A DNA stretch of 27,624 nucleotides from a virus. Its lineage: Duplodnaviria > Caudoviricetes. Positions 1 to 7,812 of the stretch are shown piece after piece. The stretch covers positions 1 through 27,624 of IMG/VR virus record IMGVR_UViG_3300027777_000122, one strand, 5' to 3'. Under the pieces are notes generated by a model. The model saw nothing but the letters and a program-made list of their open reading frames with translations, ran no database searches and was not told the origin of the DNA. Made by a program: the position numbers and the translations under genes. The first letter of the stretch is position 1, and each line of letters begins with the position of its first letter.

Positions 1-543
1 CTGGCGTACTTGGATAAGCATCTGCTCAAGGGAGGTTTGCGAAAGCACAGCAGCGGTGGCCAACTGGTTGCTGAACGTGCCGTTCACGATGGGGTGAGCA
101 ATGTTGATTAGCGACACACCATCGCCGCCGGGAGCATTGCTGCTGAAAGCGGTATTCAAGACGTTAGCGGACAGCAGTTCCTTGGTCTCCACCAAGGACT
201 GTGCCAAGTGACGTGCGTACACCTGGCCCAAGCGGATGTGGTCGCCGTCTTCCACGAGAACCTTGGTCAAAGCAAAAGCCAGACCATAGACCTTGTAGAT
301 GTAGCGCTTCAGGAACAGCACGCCACCTTGTTGGTACGTCACCGGTGTGCCGTCAGGCAGTTGGGGCGCCGCGCCAAAACCGTACAGGACGGGCTCTTCG
401 TGGTAGTTACGTGGGATACCGTCTTCCTCGCGGAAAACACGAGACCATTCGTCGGCGCGTTGGTCATAAACTCCATCGAAGCATTCGTTCAAAATTGGTT
501 CGACGATGCTTCGGAAGTCCGTACTTCTCATTGGTGCAGCCAT
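1..543 (-). CDS. Major capsid protein, Mu gpT-like (N-terminal part; runs off the window)
   Basis: Not in the ORF track. Hand translation from ATG 543 (SD AAGGAG upstream): MAAPMRSTDFRSIVEPILNECFDGVYDQRADEW...EEPVLYGFGAAPQLPDG...YGLAFALTKVLVEDGD...ANVLN...GGDGVSL...HP, open to base 1. Motifs and position after scaffold/decoration genes fit a gpT-like capsid protein. Confidence 0.85.
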   Translation of the reverse strand, partial: MAAPMRSTDFRSIVEPILNECFDGVYDQRADEWSRVFREEDGIPRNYHEEPVLYGFGAAPQLPDGTPVTYQQGGVLFLKRYIYKVYGLAFALTKVLVEDGDHIRLGQVYARHLAQSLVETKELLSANVLNTAFSSNAPGGDGVSLINIAHPIVNGTFSNQLATAAVLSQTSLEQMLIQVRQ

Positions 544-555
544 TGTTTATTCTCC

Positions 556-1149
556 TTATGAAATAGCGGTGACAGAGCCAAAGAATTGGGATTGGCAGTT
601 CACGACGCGGACAATTACATAGGCATCGCCCCAAGCATTGTCTGGGTAGGGAGCCAAATCAACTACACGCATCTGGCTTTGATTGCCGCCACCTATAGGG
701 CTTCCGGCAGCCAAAGTGGCTCGCGACAGACCGATGGTGGTAGAACCCGCCGTAGGGGTGGCAAAAATATACTCGTTACCGATAGATGCTTGGGTCAACG
801 TAGCGTTGGTTTGAATTTCATAAACGATATTGCGGTCGTTATAAAAATATGCAATGCACGAGCCAAGTTGGTACGCGGTGTTAGCAGGCCAGTAGTTGCT
901 GATTGACCGGCGACCTGTGGTATCCGTCCATTCAACACCAGCAAAAGCGCCAGACCACGCGTCAGCAGCGGTATTTCCAGCAGCAACGATGGTACCATTG
1001 GCAGAACTAGTGCCGTATGCAATAGGTTGACCCTTGAAAATATTCGAACCGTAGCCCGAAGCGATACCGCCAGCAAGCGCCTGTGCGCGATCCAAACCAG
1101 AAGGGTGGAACGCAGGACGCAAGCCAAACGGAGCAGAGGTAGCACTCAT
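556..1149 (-). CDS. Putative capsid decoration/stabilising protein
   Basis: 197 aa, Gly/Ala/Thr-rich, N-terminal APFGLRP, directly upstream of the capsid gene; SD AAGGAG. Confidence 0.6.
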   Translation of the reverse strand: MSATSAPFGLRPAFHPSGLDRAQALAGGIASGYGSNIFKGQPIAYGTSSANGTIVAAGNTAADAWSGAFAGVEWTDTTGRRSISNYWPANTAYQLGSCIAYFYNDRNIVYEIQTNATLTQASIGNEYIFATPTAGSTTIGLSRATLAAGSPIGGGNQSQMRVVDLAPYPDNAWGDAYVIVRVVNCQSQFFGSVTAIS

Positions 1150-1162
1150 AGAAACTCCTTAG

Positions 1163-1708
1163 TTAACCGGAGAATACCGGCGTGTGATTGGTTTGCTTGT
1201 CAAAATTGCCCATTCCGTCGCCCTCAACGCCCACCAGCGACTTACCGTTGCTGTCCCTTGCGCCTTGGAGTTGCTCCACTTGGACGCGGATTTTTTCCGC
1301 CTCGTCACGGGGCTTCTCGTAGTGCATGTACGCCATGATCTCTTGGAAAACATCCATGGGTATCTTGAACAGTAACATTTCGTTACAGGAGATGTATCCA
1401 ACATGCTCGCCGGTCTTCACGCGCAGATCTTCGTAGCCGGGTAACTCTTCAGTTTTCACTGGGACGTACCCCTGCCGAATCCTTTTGTCAATGGAGTCGT
1501 AGGTGTTGGTTGTTGAGAGCCAGCAAAGATGCCACCCACTCATGCTGGGTAGTTTAGGCAACGCTGATTGCGTCCACTCCTCGTTCCACATCTTGCGACG
1601 TTCTTGCGTAGAAGCGAACTTGTCCTCAGGTGCTGCGCGGCTTGCGTCCTCGCTTGCGCGATCATTGCGTCCACCAGCACTGAGAGATTTTTTTAAACGT
1701 GATTCCAT
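1163..1708 (-). CDS. Conserved phage head-module hypothetical protein
   Basis: 181 aa, GWHLCWLS...GYVPV...EMLLFKIP; tightly packed between scaffold and decoration genes. Confidence 0.7.
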   Translation of the reverse strand: MESRLKKSLSAGGRNDRASEDASRAAPEDKFASTQERRKMWNEEWTQSALPKLPSMSGWHLCWLSTTNTYDSIDKRIRQGYVPVKTEELPGYEDLRVKTGEHVGYISCNEMLLFKIPMDVFQEIMAYMHYEKPRDEAEKIRVQVEQLQGARDSNGKSLVGVEGDGMGNFDKQTNHTPVFSG

Positions 1709-1710
1709 AA

Positions 1711-2661
1711 TTAGTTACTCCGGTTACGTGATTCGGCTGCATATCGTTTGATCATCTTGGCGCGTTTTTCGGGGTTATCCCACATGCCCGCGTCCTTCAT
1801 CGCTCGCACTTGTTCAGCGGAGAGAGTAAAGGTGCGGTTTGTGCCCCCGAATGCGGCTGATGCTTCACGACCTGAGCTTCCCACGGTATTCCTTGGTGTT
1901 CGTTGGTTGGATTCACGCTTGTCCGCGTCATTATAGCGATGCGGTAAATACTTTTGCAAGCGGTTGTCTAATTCGTCCCAATAATCGGGATCAGACGGGC
2001 TAAAACCCTCTTTTGCAAGCACTTCATCAACCTGTTTTGCAATTTTGCTATCCGTGTCCGATAAATCGGGCTTGTACCAACTATTTCGCTCAATCCAGGT
2101 AGCCGCATTGGCTTGAATTGCCGGATCTATGGTCGGCGCGGGCGCTCTTTCACCCTGTTCCGCCTGTTTTCGCAGTCTGGCAAGCTGCTCTACCTGCTGA
2201 CGCGCTTCAAAAAGCGCCTCTTGGGCCTTTACCGCGCTCTCGCCGTCACCTGCGCTGGTCGCTTCAGCCAGTTTCATGCGGTGATACTCCAGCCGCACCT
2301 GCTGGTCCTCAATGGTTTTATCAATACGGGCCAGATCGGCACCCTGGGTGCGCTGTTCCATGCGCGCCAAGCGGTTCATCATCTCCTCGTTCTGCCGACG
2401 CAGCATCTGGAGCTGGACATCCTTCTCTTTGTTGGTGTTCCGGATCAGCTCTTTCTTGGAACGGCGGCGCGCACGGCGCGCTGCGCGTACCGCGTCGCTG
2501 TCATCGGGGTGGTCCTCGTCGCCGCCGTCGTCTGCTGGGGCTTGCGCGGGGGTGTTGTCGCCGTCATCGGCGGGCAGGATGCCCTCGGGCAGCTCCACCG
2601 TGGCGGTTCCGTCCTGTCCTTCTTGGACTTTCAACTCGTCTTCTTTGTTTTCTGTGGCCAT
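1711..2661 (-). CDS. Putative capsid scaffolding protein
   Basis: 316 aa: acidic N-terminus, long coiled coil, W..RNSWY, DYWDELD.RL and a basic C-terminal helix; lies between portal and capsid genes. Confidence 0.7.
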   Translation of the reverse strand: MATENKEDELKVQEGQDGTATVELPEGILPADDGDNTPAQAPADDGGDEDHPDDSDAVRAARRARRRSKKELIRNTNKEKDVQLQMLRRQNEEMMNRLARMEQRTQGADLARIDKTIEDQQVRLEYHRMKLAEATSAGDGESAVKAQEALFEARQQVEQLARLRKQAEQGERAPAPTIDPAIQANAATWIERNSWYKPDLSDTDSKIAKQVDEVLAKEGFSPSDPDYWDELDNRLQKYLPHRYNDADKRESNQRTPRNTVGSSGREASAAFGGTNRTFTLSAEQVRAMKDAGMWDNPEKRAKMIKRYAAESRNRSN

Positions 2662-2670
2662 GGTATTTCC

Positions 2671-3126
2671 TTAGACGTAGGCTTTGAAGGACAGCGGGTC
2701 GTCAGTGACCTTCGCAATTACCTCGTGGTCGTTTATGGTCATGAACAGCACCGGGTTGAGGTCGCCGTTTTCCTCGCCGATGACGGGCCGCTCCCAGCGG
2801 TCCCCACCCCAACGCGGTACTCGGACAAAGTCGCCAATCTCCGCCCAACTTCCCTCCGGCCATGTTGCCATGGTGTCGCGGTTACGGTACGCCAGTGGGC
2901 CGATTGCGACGACACGCCCAATCATGTTGTTCCACTTCTCGTTCTCCTTAGTTTCTTCAACCAGGATGATCTTTCCCGCGTTCTTTTTGATGCGGCGAAG
3001 CTGGACAATGACCCGGCCACCTAGGGGGGCCTGACCTGCCGGTACGTCTGGAAATGCCCATGCCATCTCGGCAGGGTCAGACGCCTGTTGCGTCCCTACG
3101 ATGTAGGGAACTCGTTCTTCACTCAT
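2671..3126 (-). CDS. GroES/Cpn10-like co-chaperonin
   Basis: PLGGRVIV, GKIILVEET mobile-loop region, GRVVAIGPLAY, IGDFV, INDHEVIAKV. Start moved to ATG 3126 because of SD AGGAG. Confidence 0.8.
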   Translation of the reverse strand: MSEERVPYIVGTQQASDPAEMAWAFPDVPAGQAPLGGRVIVQLRRIKKNAGKIILVEETKENEKWNNMIGRVVAIGPLAYRNRDTMATWPEGSWAEIGDFVRVPRWGGDRWERPVIGEENGDLNPVLFMTINDHEVIAKVTDDPLSFKAYV

Positions 3127-3144
3127 GCTCACTCCTATCGACAA

Positions 3145-3202
3145 AACCATATTTCAGGTTCAAAAATGCGCATATTTCAGCGCTGCTTGGGGCCTTGCGG
3201 CC
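3145..3202 (-). promoter_or_regulatory. Three small hairpins in the leader of the GroES-like gene
   Basis: Minus strand: GGCC-GCAA-GGCC (3191-3202), GCGC-TGAAATAT-GCGC (3168-3183), AACC-TGAAATAT-GGTT (3145-3160). Confidence 0.5.
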
Positions 3203-3373
3203 TTATTCGTTTTCGGCGAGTTTTACGTTGAGGGCGTCCATGACCCATTGCAAGCCTTGGTACTCCCCCACGATGCGGGAATATATTGCGTGATCGCTCA
3301 CGGGGTTGGTTACCAGCGACAGGCGAAGTTCCGCCTGCCGTATTTGGATCTGGTGGATTAATTCCGAGATCAC
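3203..3373 (-). CDS. Small hypothetical protein (56 aa)
   Basis: Hand translation MISELIHQIQIRQAELRLSLV...YSRIVGEYQGLQWVMDALNVKLAENE; its GTG start overlaps the upstream TGA (GTGA). Confidence 0.7.
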   Translation of the reverse strand: MISELIHQIQIRQAELRLSLVTNPVSDHAIYSRIVGEYQGLQWVMDALNVKLAENE

Positions 3374-3522
3374 TTTTTCTTCTTAGCCAGCGCGCTCAGA
3401 CCACCAGCGGGTTTGTTGTTGCCCTTGGGGCCCATGCTCTGGCCGTCAAGCTTCTCGCCCATGGCCATGCGCTTGTTCTGCTTTACAAGAATACTTTTCT
3501 GTTCGGTATCAGACGTTGCCAT
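3370..3522 (-). CDS. Small basic hypothetical protein (50 aa)
   Basis: Hand translation MATSDTEQKSILVKQNKRMAMGEKLDGQSMGPKGNNKPAGGLSALAKKKK; SD AGGAG; overlaps the portal stop. Confidence 0.7.
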   Translation of the reverse strand: MATSDTEQKSILVKQNKRMAMGEKLDGQSMGPKGNNKPAGGLSALAKKKK

Positions 3523-6010
3523 TTGGGGCTCCTAGTTGAGGTTGGACCATGGTCTGTATGGTCTGGTGGGTTAACTTTGCGTTCTCAATTTCAACGCGCG
3601 CTTGGTTGTTGATCCGCGCTATTTCCAATTGTAGTTGCGCGTCCTGCTGGTCGCGCTGCGCGGCGGCCTGCATCTCGGCTTGCCCACGCATCTGGCCGTC
3701 TTGGATCTTGGCCTGCGCGATCTGGGCGTCCTGCTTGTCCTTGGCGGCCTTGCGCTGCGTCTCGGCCATAGCGGTGTCCTTGACCACCTGGGCGTCGGGC
3801 GGCAACATGGCGGGTTTGGCAGTGGCTTGCAGGGTCTGCTGGAGTTGCTGCATCACCGGCAGGATCTGCGCAAACACCTGCTCGCTGTCCAACGTGACGT
3901 GCTGGCCCACGGTGGCATAGAGCTTGTCAATGATGGCTGTAAGCTTGGGGTTCTCGTAGTCGTCCACGGGCTTGCCGCCGCGCAGGTTGGCTACGTAGCC
4001 GTTCATACGGTTCAGGTACCACAGCGTCATGTGTTCCTTGATGTGGTCCACAACCTTGGGCAAGAACGTAGGCGCGATAAACGGGTTTGAGCCAAAGGAC
4101 GGATCCATGGCAAACATCAGGTGGCCCTGGATGTGCGCCAGGTGGTCCTGCTGCATGTAGGCATACGCTGGGTGGTTCATGCACATAGCCGCGTTCTCGT
4201 CGGCCAGCGTGCGCTGCTCGGGCTCGGGCACCTCCTTGAGCAGCTCGCTTACGTTTGGAATCTTGAGCTGCTTGAGGAACCGCTCCTCCACGGCCTTGGC
4301 GTCGTATAGATCAGGCTTGGCGTCCGCACGGGACAGCACGGCCTGCATCTGCGCCATGCGCTGGGTCTCGCTGAAGATGTGGGGGTCGCTCACCGGTATC
4401 ACGTCGGTGTTCTTCTCGAAATCCTCACGCTCAATCTCAAGGTCGGCGACCATGTCGCCCTTGCGCATCTCGTCAAAGTGCCAGCGGTTCAAGCGGCACA
4501 GCACCTTGATTAGGCGGGCCTGCGACTGGTGCAGTCGGGCGTGGATCGCGGAGTAGACGGCGGCGCCCTGCTCAATCAGCGCTTGGGTGGTGCCCACGGG
4601 CGCGTTGGAGTTGACGTCGGCTATCTTCTCCTCGGACGTGGTCACCACGCCCTTGGCAGCGCTGTCCAGCCAACCTAGCAGCTCAAACAACACCGGGCTG
4701 GGTGGGTTGAACGGCATGGGCATGGCGATCTTGCGGATGTCGTCCACGCCGGGTGCGCCCTCAATCTCAGCCACCTGGGTGACCTCAATCTGCTGGGTCT
4801 GGCCGCTGATCTTGGCGCCCTTGAGCTTGAGCATCGTGGCGGCGTTGTTGATGTGGGCGCTATCAAGCAGCGCGCGCAGGGCACCGGTAAGGGCCGCGCT
4901 CAGTCCACCAATCAGGTGGGGCAGGCCGATGGCAAACACGCCGCGCCACGGGATGAACTTGAACTCGATGATCCAATCCAGTTTGGTCATCGTCTCGTCG
5001 CCGTCTTCCCAGTTGCGGTACAGGCCAACGACCTCGGAGCTTTGCTCGTCAATCATCATGATGTACGGGGCCATCTTGCCGCCGGACTCCTTGTCGTCCT
5101 CTAGCTCCAGCCAGGTGTAGACGTGGTACACCTTGCGCAGGCCGTCCTCATTGTTTTGGAACTTGCGGCCCTCGATCTTGTCGTTGGCCTTCTGCGAGCG
5201 GGTCTGCTCCGGCTCCTGGCCCGAGGTGACGTGGGTGCCGTCCTTGTACATGCCGCTGGCAATGCGCCGATCGTATTCCCACTCGGTGATCTCATGCACC
5301 TCAGCCGCGCGCTGGGCGGTATAGAAGTTGCTGGCCGCAAACGGCAGGATCATGCGGTCGATAGGCAGGAACTCAATCACGGGGCGCTTTTGGTTCTCGT
5401 CGTACCAGAGCTTGAGGTACTGCGAGCCGCCCAACGGTAACTGAGTGAGCATCTGCTCTTGCTCGTCGCGGAACTCCTCAATCTGCTCGGTGATCTGCCA
5501 GTTCAAGAAGTCGCGCTTACGCTCGGCACGTTCCTGCTTAAGGTCGTCCACCTTGCCCAAGATCTTGGTGCGCACGGGACCGTCTGGTGGGAACAACTCC
5601 TTGATGGCGCGGCTGGCAAAGTCCACGCAGCCCTCGGCCATTACCGGGTGGACCGCCTTACTGGCGCCCATGAAGTTGGCACCACCTGGGGCGTCCTTGC
5701 CCAATCCAGTGCGCCGTAGGCCTTCCTCGTACTGCTTGTCGCGTTCCTCGCGGGCGTCCTTGTCCTTGTCCAGCAGGTTGACGTAGCGCAGGCCCAGAGT
5801 GTCAAGCTCAAAGCCGTCCATCGACTCGGCTAGGTTGGAGTAGAAGTCGGGAGACTCCTCTGGGCCGCTGGTCTCCATGCTCACCACGGCAGAGCCGTCG
5901 GGCATCTCCATTACATCGGACACGTCCTCTGGCAGCTCCACGTCCGCCGAACCGTCCTCGTTCAAGTCGGGGTCCATCTCGTCGTCTTGGTTATCGTAGG
6001 TGTCAGCCAT
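3509..6010 (-). CDS. Portal protein
   Basis: 833 aa with HPVMAEGCVDFASRAIKELFP, LPLGGSQYLK, GLPHLIGGLS, APVGTTQALIEQG, PVSDPHIFSETQR and a C-terminal Gln/Ala coiled coil (P22-like barrel); lies downstream of terminase. Confidence 0.85.
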   Translation of the reverse strand: MADTYDNQDDEMDPDLNEDGSADVELPEDVSDVMEMPDGSAVVSMETSGPEESPDFYSNLAESMDGFELDTLGLRYVNLLDKDKDAREERDKQYEEGLRRTGLGKDAPGGANFMGASKAVHPVMAEGCVDFASRAIKELFPPDGPVRTKILGKVDDLKQERAERKRDFLNWQITEQIEEFRDEQEQMLTQLPLGGSQYLKLWYDENQKRPVIEFLPIDRMILPFAASNFYTAQRAAEVHEITEWEYDRRIASGMYKDGTHVTSGQEPEQTRSQKANDKIEGRKFQNNEDGLRKVYHVYTWLELEDDKESGGKMAPYIMMIDEQSSEVVGLYRNWEDGDETMTKLDWIIEFKFIPWRGVFAIGLPHLIGGLSAALTGALRALLDSAHINNAATMLKLKGAKISGQTQQIEVTQVAEIEGAPGVDDIRKIAMPMPFNPPSPVLFELLGWLDSAAKGVVTTSEEKIADVNSNAPVGTTQALIEQGAAVYSAIHARLHQSQARLIKVLCRLNRWHFDEMRKGDMVADLEIEREDFEKNTDVIPVSDPHIFSETQRMAQMQAVLSRADAKPDLYDAKAVEERFLKQLKIPNVSELLKEVPEPEQRTLADENAAMCMNHPAYAYMQQDHLAHIQGHLMFAMDPSFGSNPFIAPTFLPKVVDHIKEHMTLWYLNRMNGYVANLRGGKPVDDYENPKLTAIIDKLYATVGQHVTLDSEQVFAQILPVMQQLQQTLQATAKPAMLPPDAQVVKDTAMAETQRKAAKDKQDAQIAQAKIQDGQMRGQAEMQAAAQRDQQDAQLQLEIARINNQARVEIENAKLTHQTIQTMVQPQLGAPNGNV

Positions 6011-7812
6011 TATTTCGCTTTCCTGTTGATCAGCTCGTACTGCATCACGTCCATGTTGGGCGAGATTGTAACTTTCTCTTTGACTACGCCACCGGTGGCT
6101 TTATTCATGTGCGGCTCGTTGATGTCGTAGGTGCCACGGTTGCCAATAGCCGATTTAATGGCGTTGGGGTTAAAGACGCCCAAATTTTTTATGCCATGTT
6201 CGTTCATGTACATAGCATCGTGGCCCAACTTCTTGGCCGCTGCCTGAACATCTGGGTCTTCAATATATTCCCACGCGCCCGAAGCAAGCCGTTCGTATAT
6301 CTGTTTTGGGTTTTTGCCGTAGTGCATGGCCCATTTATTGTCTGTGGGTTTTAGCAACTTAGCCACGGCCCTAACGTGCGCTGGGTTTTCGTAGTCAAAA
6401 GGGTTTTTTACCTGTACATATACGGGATACACCGCACCAGACATTTTGTCCGCTTTTTTGTTTTCCCCAGCGTACTCATTAGCAAATTCTGTATCGGGCG
6501 TGACAAAAGACATGCCTCGAATACCGGGGGTGATGGATTCAAACCCCCCGGTGTTGCGCATCTTTTCAGTGTAATTTGGGTCGGCTTCAGGGCTGGTTAT
6601 TGGATGCCCGCCCGGTACACCTCGGGTGTAGTGGCGGGTGCCGTGGTACATGCGGCGTTTCTCTTTGCTAAGCTCCAAGAATTTTGCAAGATTGACATCG
6701 GCTGGTGGAACATCGCCGCCCTCGGCATAGCGCGGGATGCCGTTCTTGAGCACATCCTCGCGCATGGCCGGGGTAATGTCGAACATGTGGACGGGTGCGT
6801 ACACGGGCAAACGCCGAATTTTATTTGCTTCAGGCGTCCATTGAGAATACCCAACGGCGGTTGGGGAAAGCTCTTCGTACCGATCTGGATGCGTTTCCAC
6901 TTCGCCCGGCTGCACTTGCACGCCATGCTTCTTGCCGAACTTGTTCAAAAAGGCGGGAATTTTTTTATCGTAAAAATCAACCATTCCTTTATTGGCTATT
7001 GGCTCCATGTCTTCTTTATCAAAATCGTTTTGAGTTAATCCATAGCGATCCGACAAAGTTTTGCCGTGGTTAATTGCGATCTGGTCGTAGCCCTTTTCGG
7101 CGGCGTGTTGGATCATGGCCTTAAGCGCCAACTCGTGCCAGTCCTTGGCGTGGGGGCCGTAGGGTACGCTTTCGTATTTGAAATGCTCCAGCCTGTTCAT
7201 TTCGGCCTCGGCATCCTCCAGCGCCTTTTCGTGCTCGGCGTATTCGTACTTGTCCATGCCAAAGGTGGACTCTTTTTTAAGCCGTTTGTGCCAGTTGGCT
7301 GCCTCCCTGAGTTGCTTGGCGAAGTCCTTGGGCTGGTACCCCCCTTCGCGTCCCTGTTGATGCCAATCGGATTGAATTTCCTCAAGGTGCAATACCTTCT
7401 TGCCCTCGGGACTGGTGCGATCCTTGGCCATAACGCTGGCCAAGATGTTGGGCGTACCACCAAAGTGGCCGCGAACGCCTTCAAAGCCTTGTCCCTCGGG
7501 CATGGGCGTGTGCAGCAGGATCTCGCGGTAGTTCTCGCCGCCGGGTAGGGTCCATCTCGCGTGGTGCGTCTGGCTGCCGGTCAGCTCGCGCTGCTTGAGC
7601 GGAAACTTGTTGGCTTGAGCTTTAAGCTTCTCCATGAACTCCGCACGCGCCATCTGGGGCAGCGCCATGAGCGCCTGCAGGTCGCGGTCCTCAGCCTCAG
7701 CAGGCTTGTAGCCGGGTTTCTTCTGCAGCTCGGCCATGTACTCAGCACCAGTGCCCTTGGGGCGGGTGACCTGCTCCATGAGCCGATTGATGGGTGAGTA
7801 CAGTCCGGTCAT
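6010..7812 (-). CDS. Two-module protein: polyvalent-protein-type domain (EEIQSDWHQ) plus ART-PolyVal-like ADP-ribosyltransferase domain
   Basis: N-module LYSP...LPGGENYREILL...HF...DR...KVLHLEEIQSDWHQ; linker YAEGGDV; C-module MYHGT...FVT...ANEYA...VYPVYVQVKNP...GHDA...VFNPNAIKSAIGNRGTYD. Confidence 0.65.
   Translation of the reverse strand: MTGLYSPINRLMEQVTRPKGTGAEYMAELQKKPGYKPAEAEDRDLQALMALPQMARAEFMEKLKAQANKFPLKQRELTGSQTHHARWTLPGGENYREILLHTPMPEGQGFEGVRGHFGGTPNILASVMAKDRTSPEGKKVLHLEEIQSDWHQQGREGGYQPKDFAKQLREAANWHKRLKKESTFGMDKYEYAEHEKALEDAEAEMNRLEHFKYESVPYGPHAKDWHELALKAMIQHAAEKGYDQIAINHGKTLSDRYGLTQNDFDKEDMEPIANKGMVDFYDKKIPAFLNKFGKKHGVQVQPGEVETHPDRYEELSPTAVGYSQWTPEANKIRRLPVYAPVHMFDITPAMREDVLKNGIPRYAEGGDVPPADVNLAKFLELSKEKRRMYHGTRHYTRGVPGGHPITSPEADPNYTEKMRNTGGFESITPGIRGMSFVTPDTEFANEYAGENKKADKMSGAVYPVYVQVKNPFDYENPAHVRAVAKLLKPTDNKWAMHYGKNPKQIYERLASGAWEYIEDPDVQAAAKKLGHDAMYMNEHGIKNLGVFNPNAIKSAIGNRGTYDINEPHMNKATGGVVKEKVTISPNMDVMQYELINRKAK

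Noticed and set aside
2113-3024. Long plus-strand ORF (303 aa) and many similar antisense ORFs across the head and replication genes
   Set aside because: Shadows of GC-rich coding on the opposite strand; no motifs or RBS, and they fully overlap well-supported genes.
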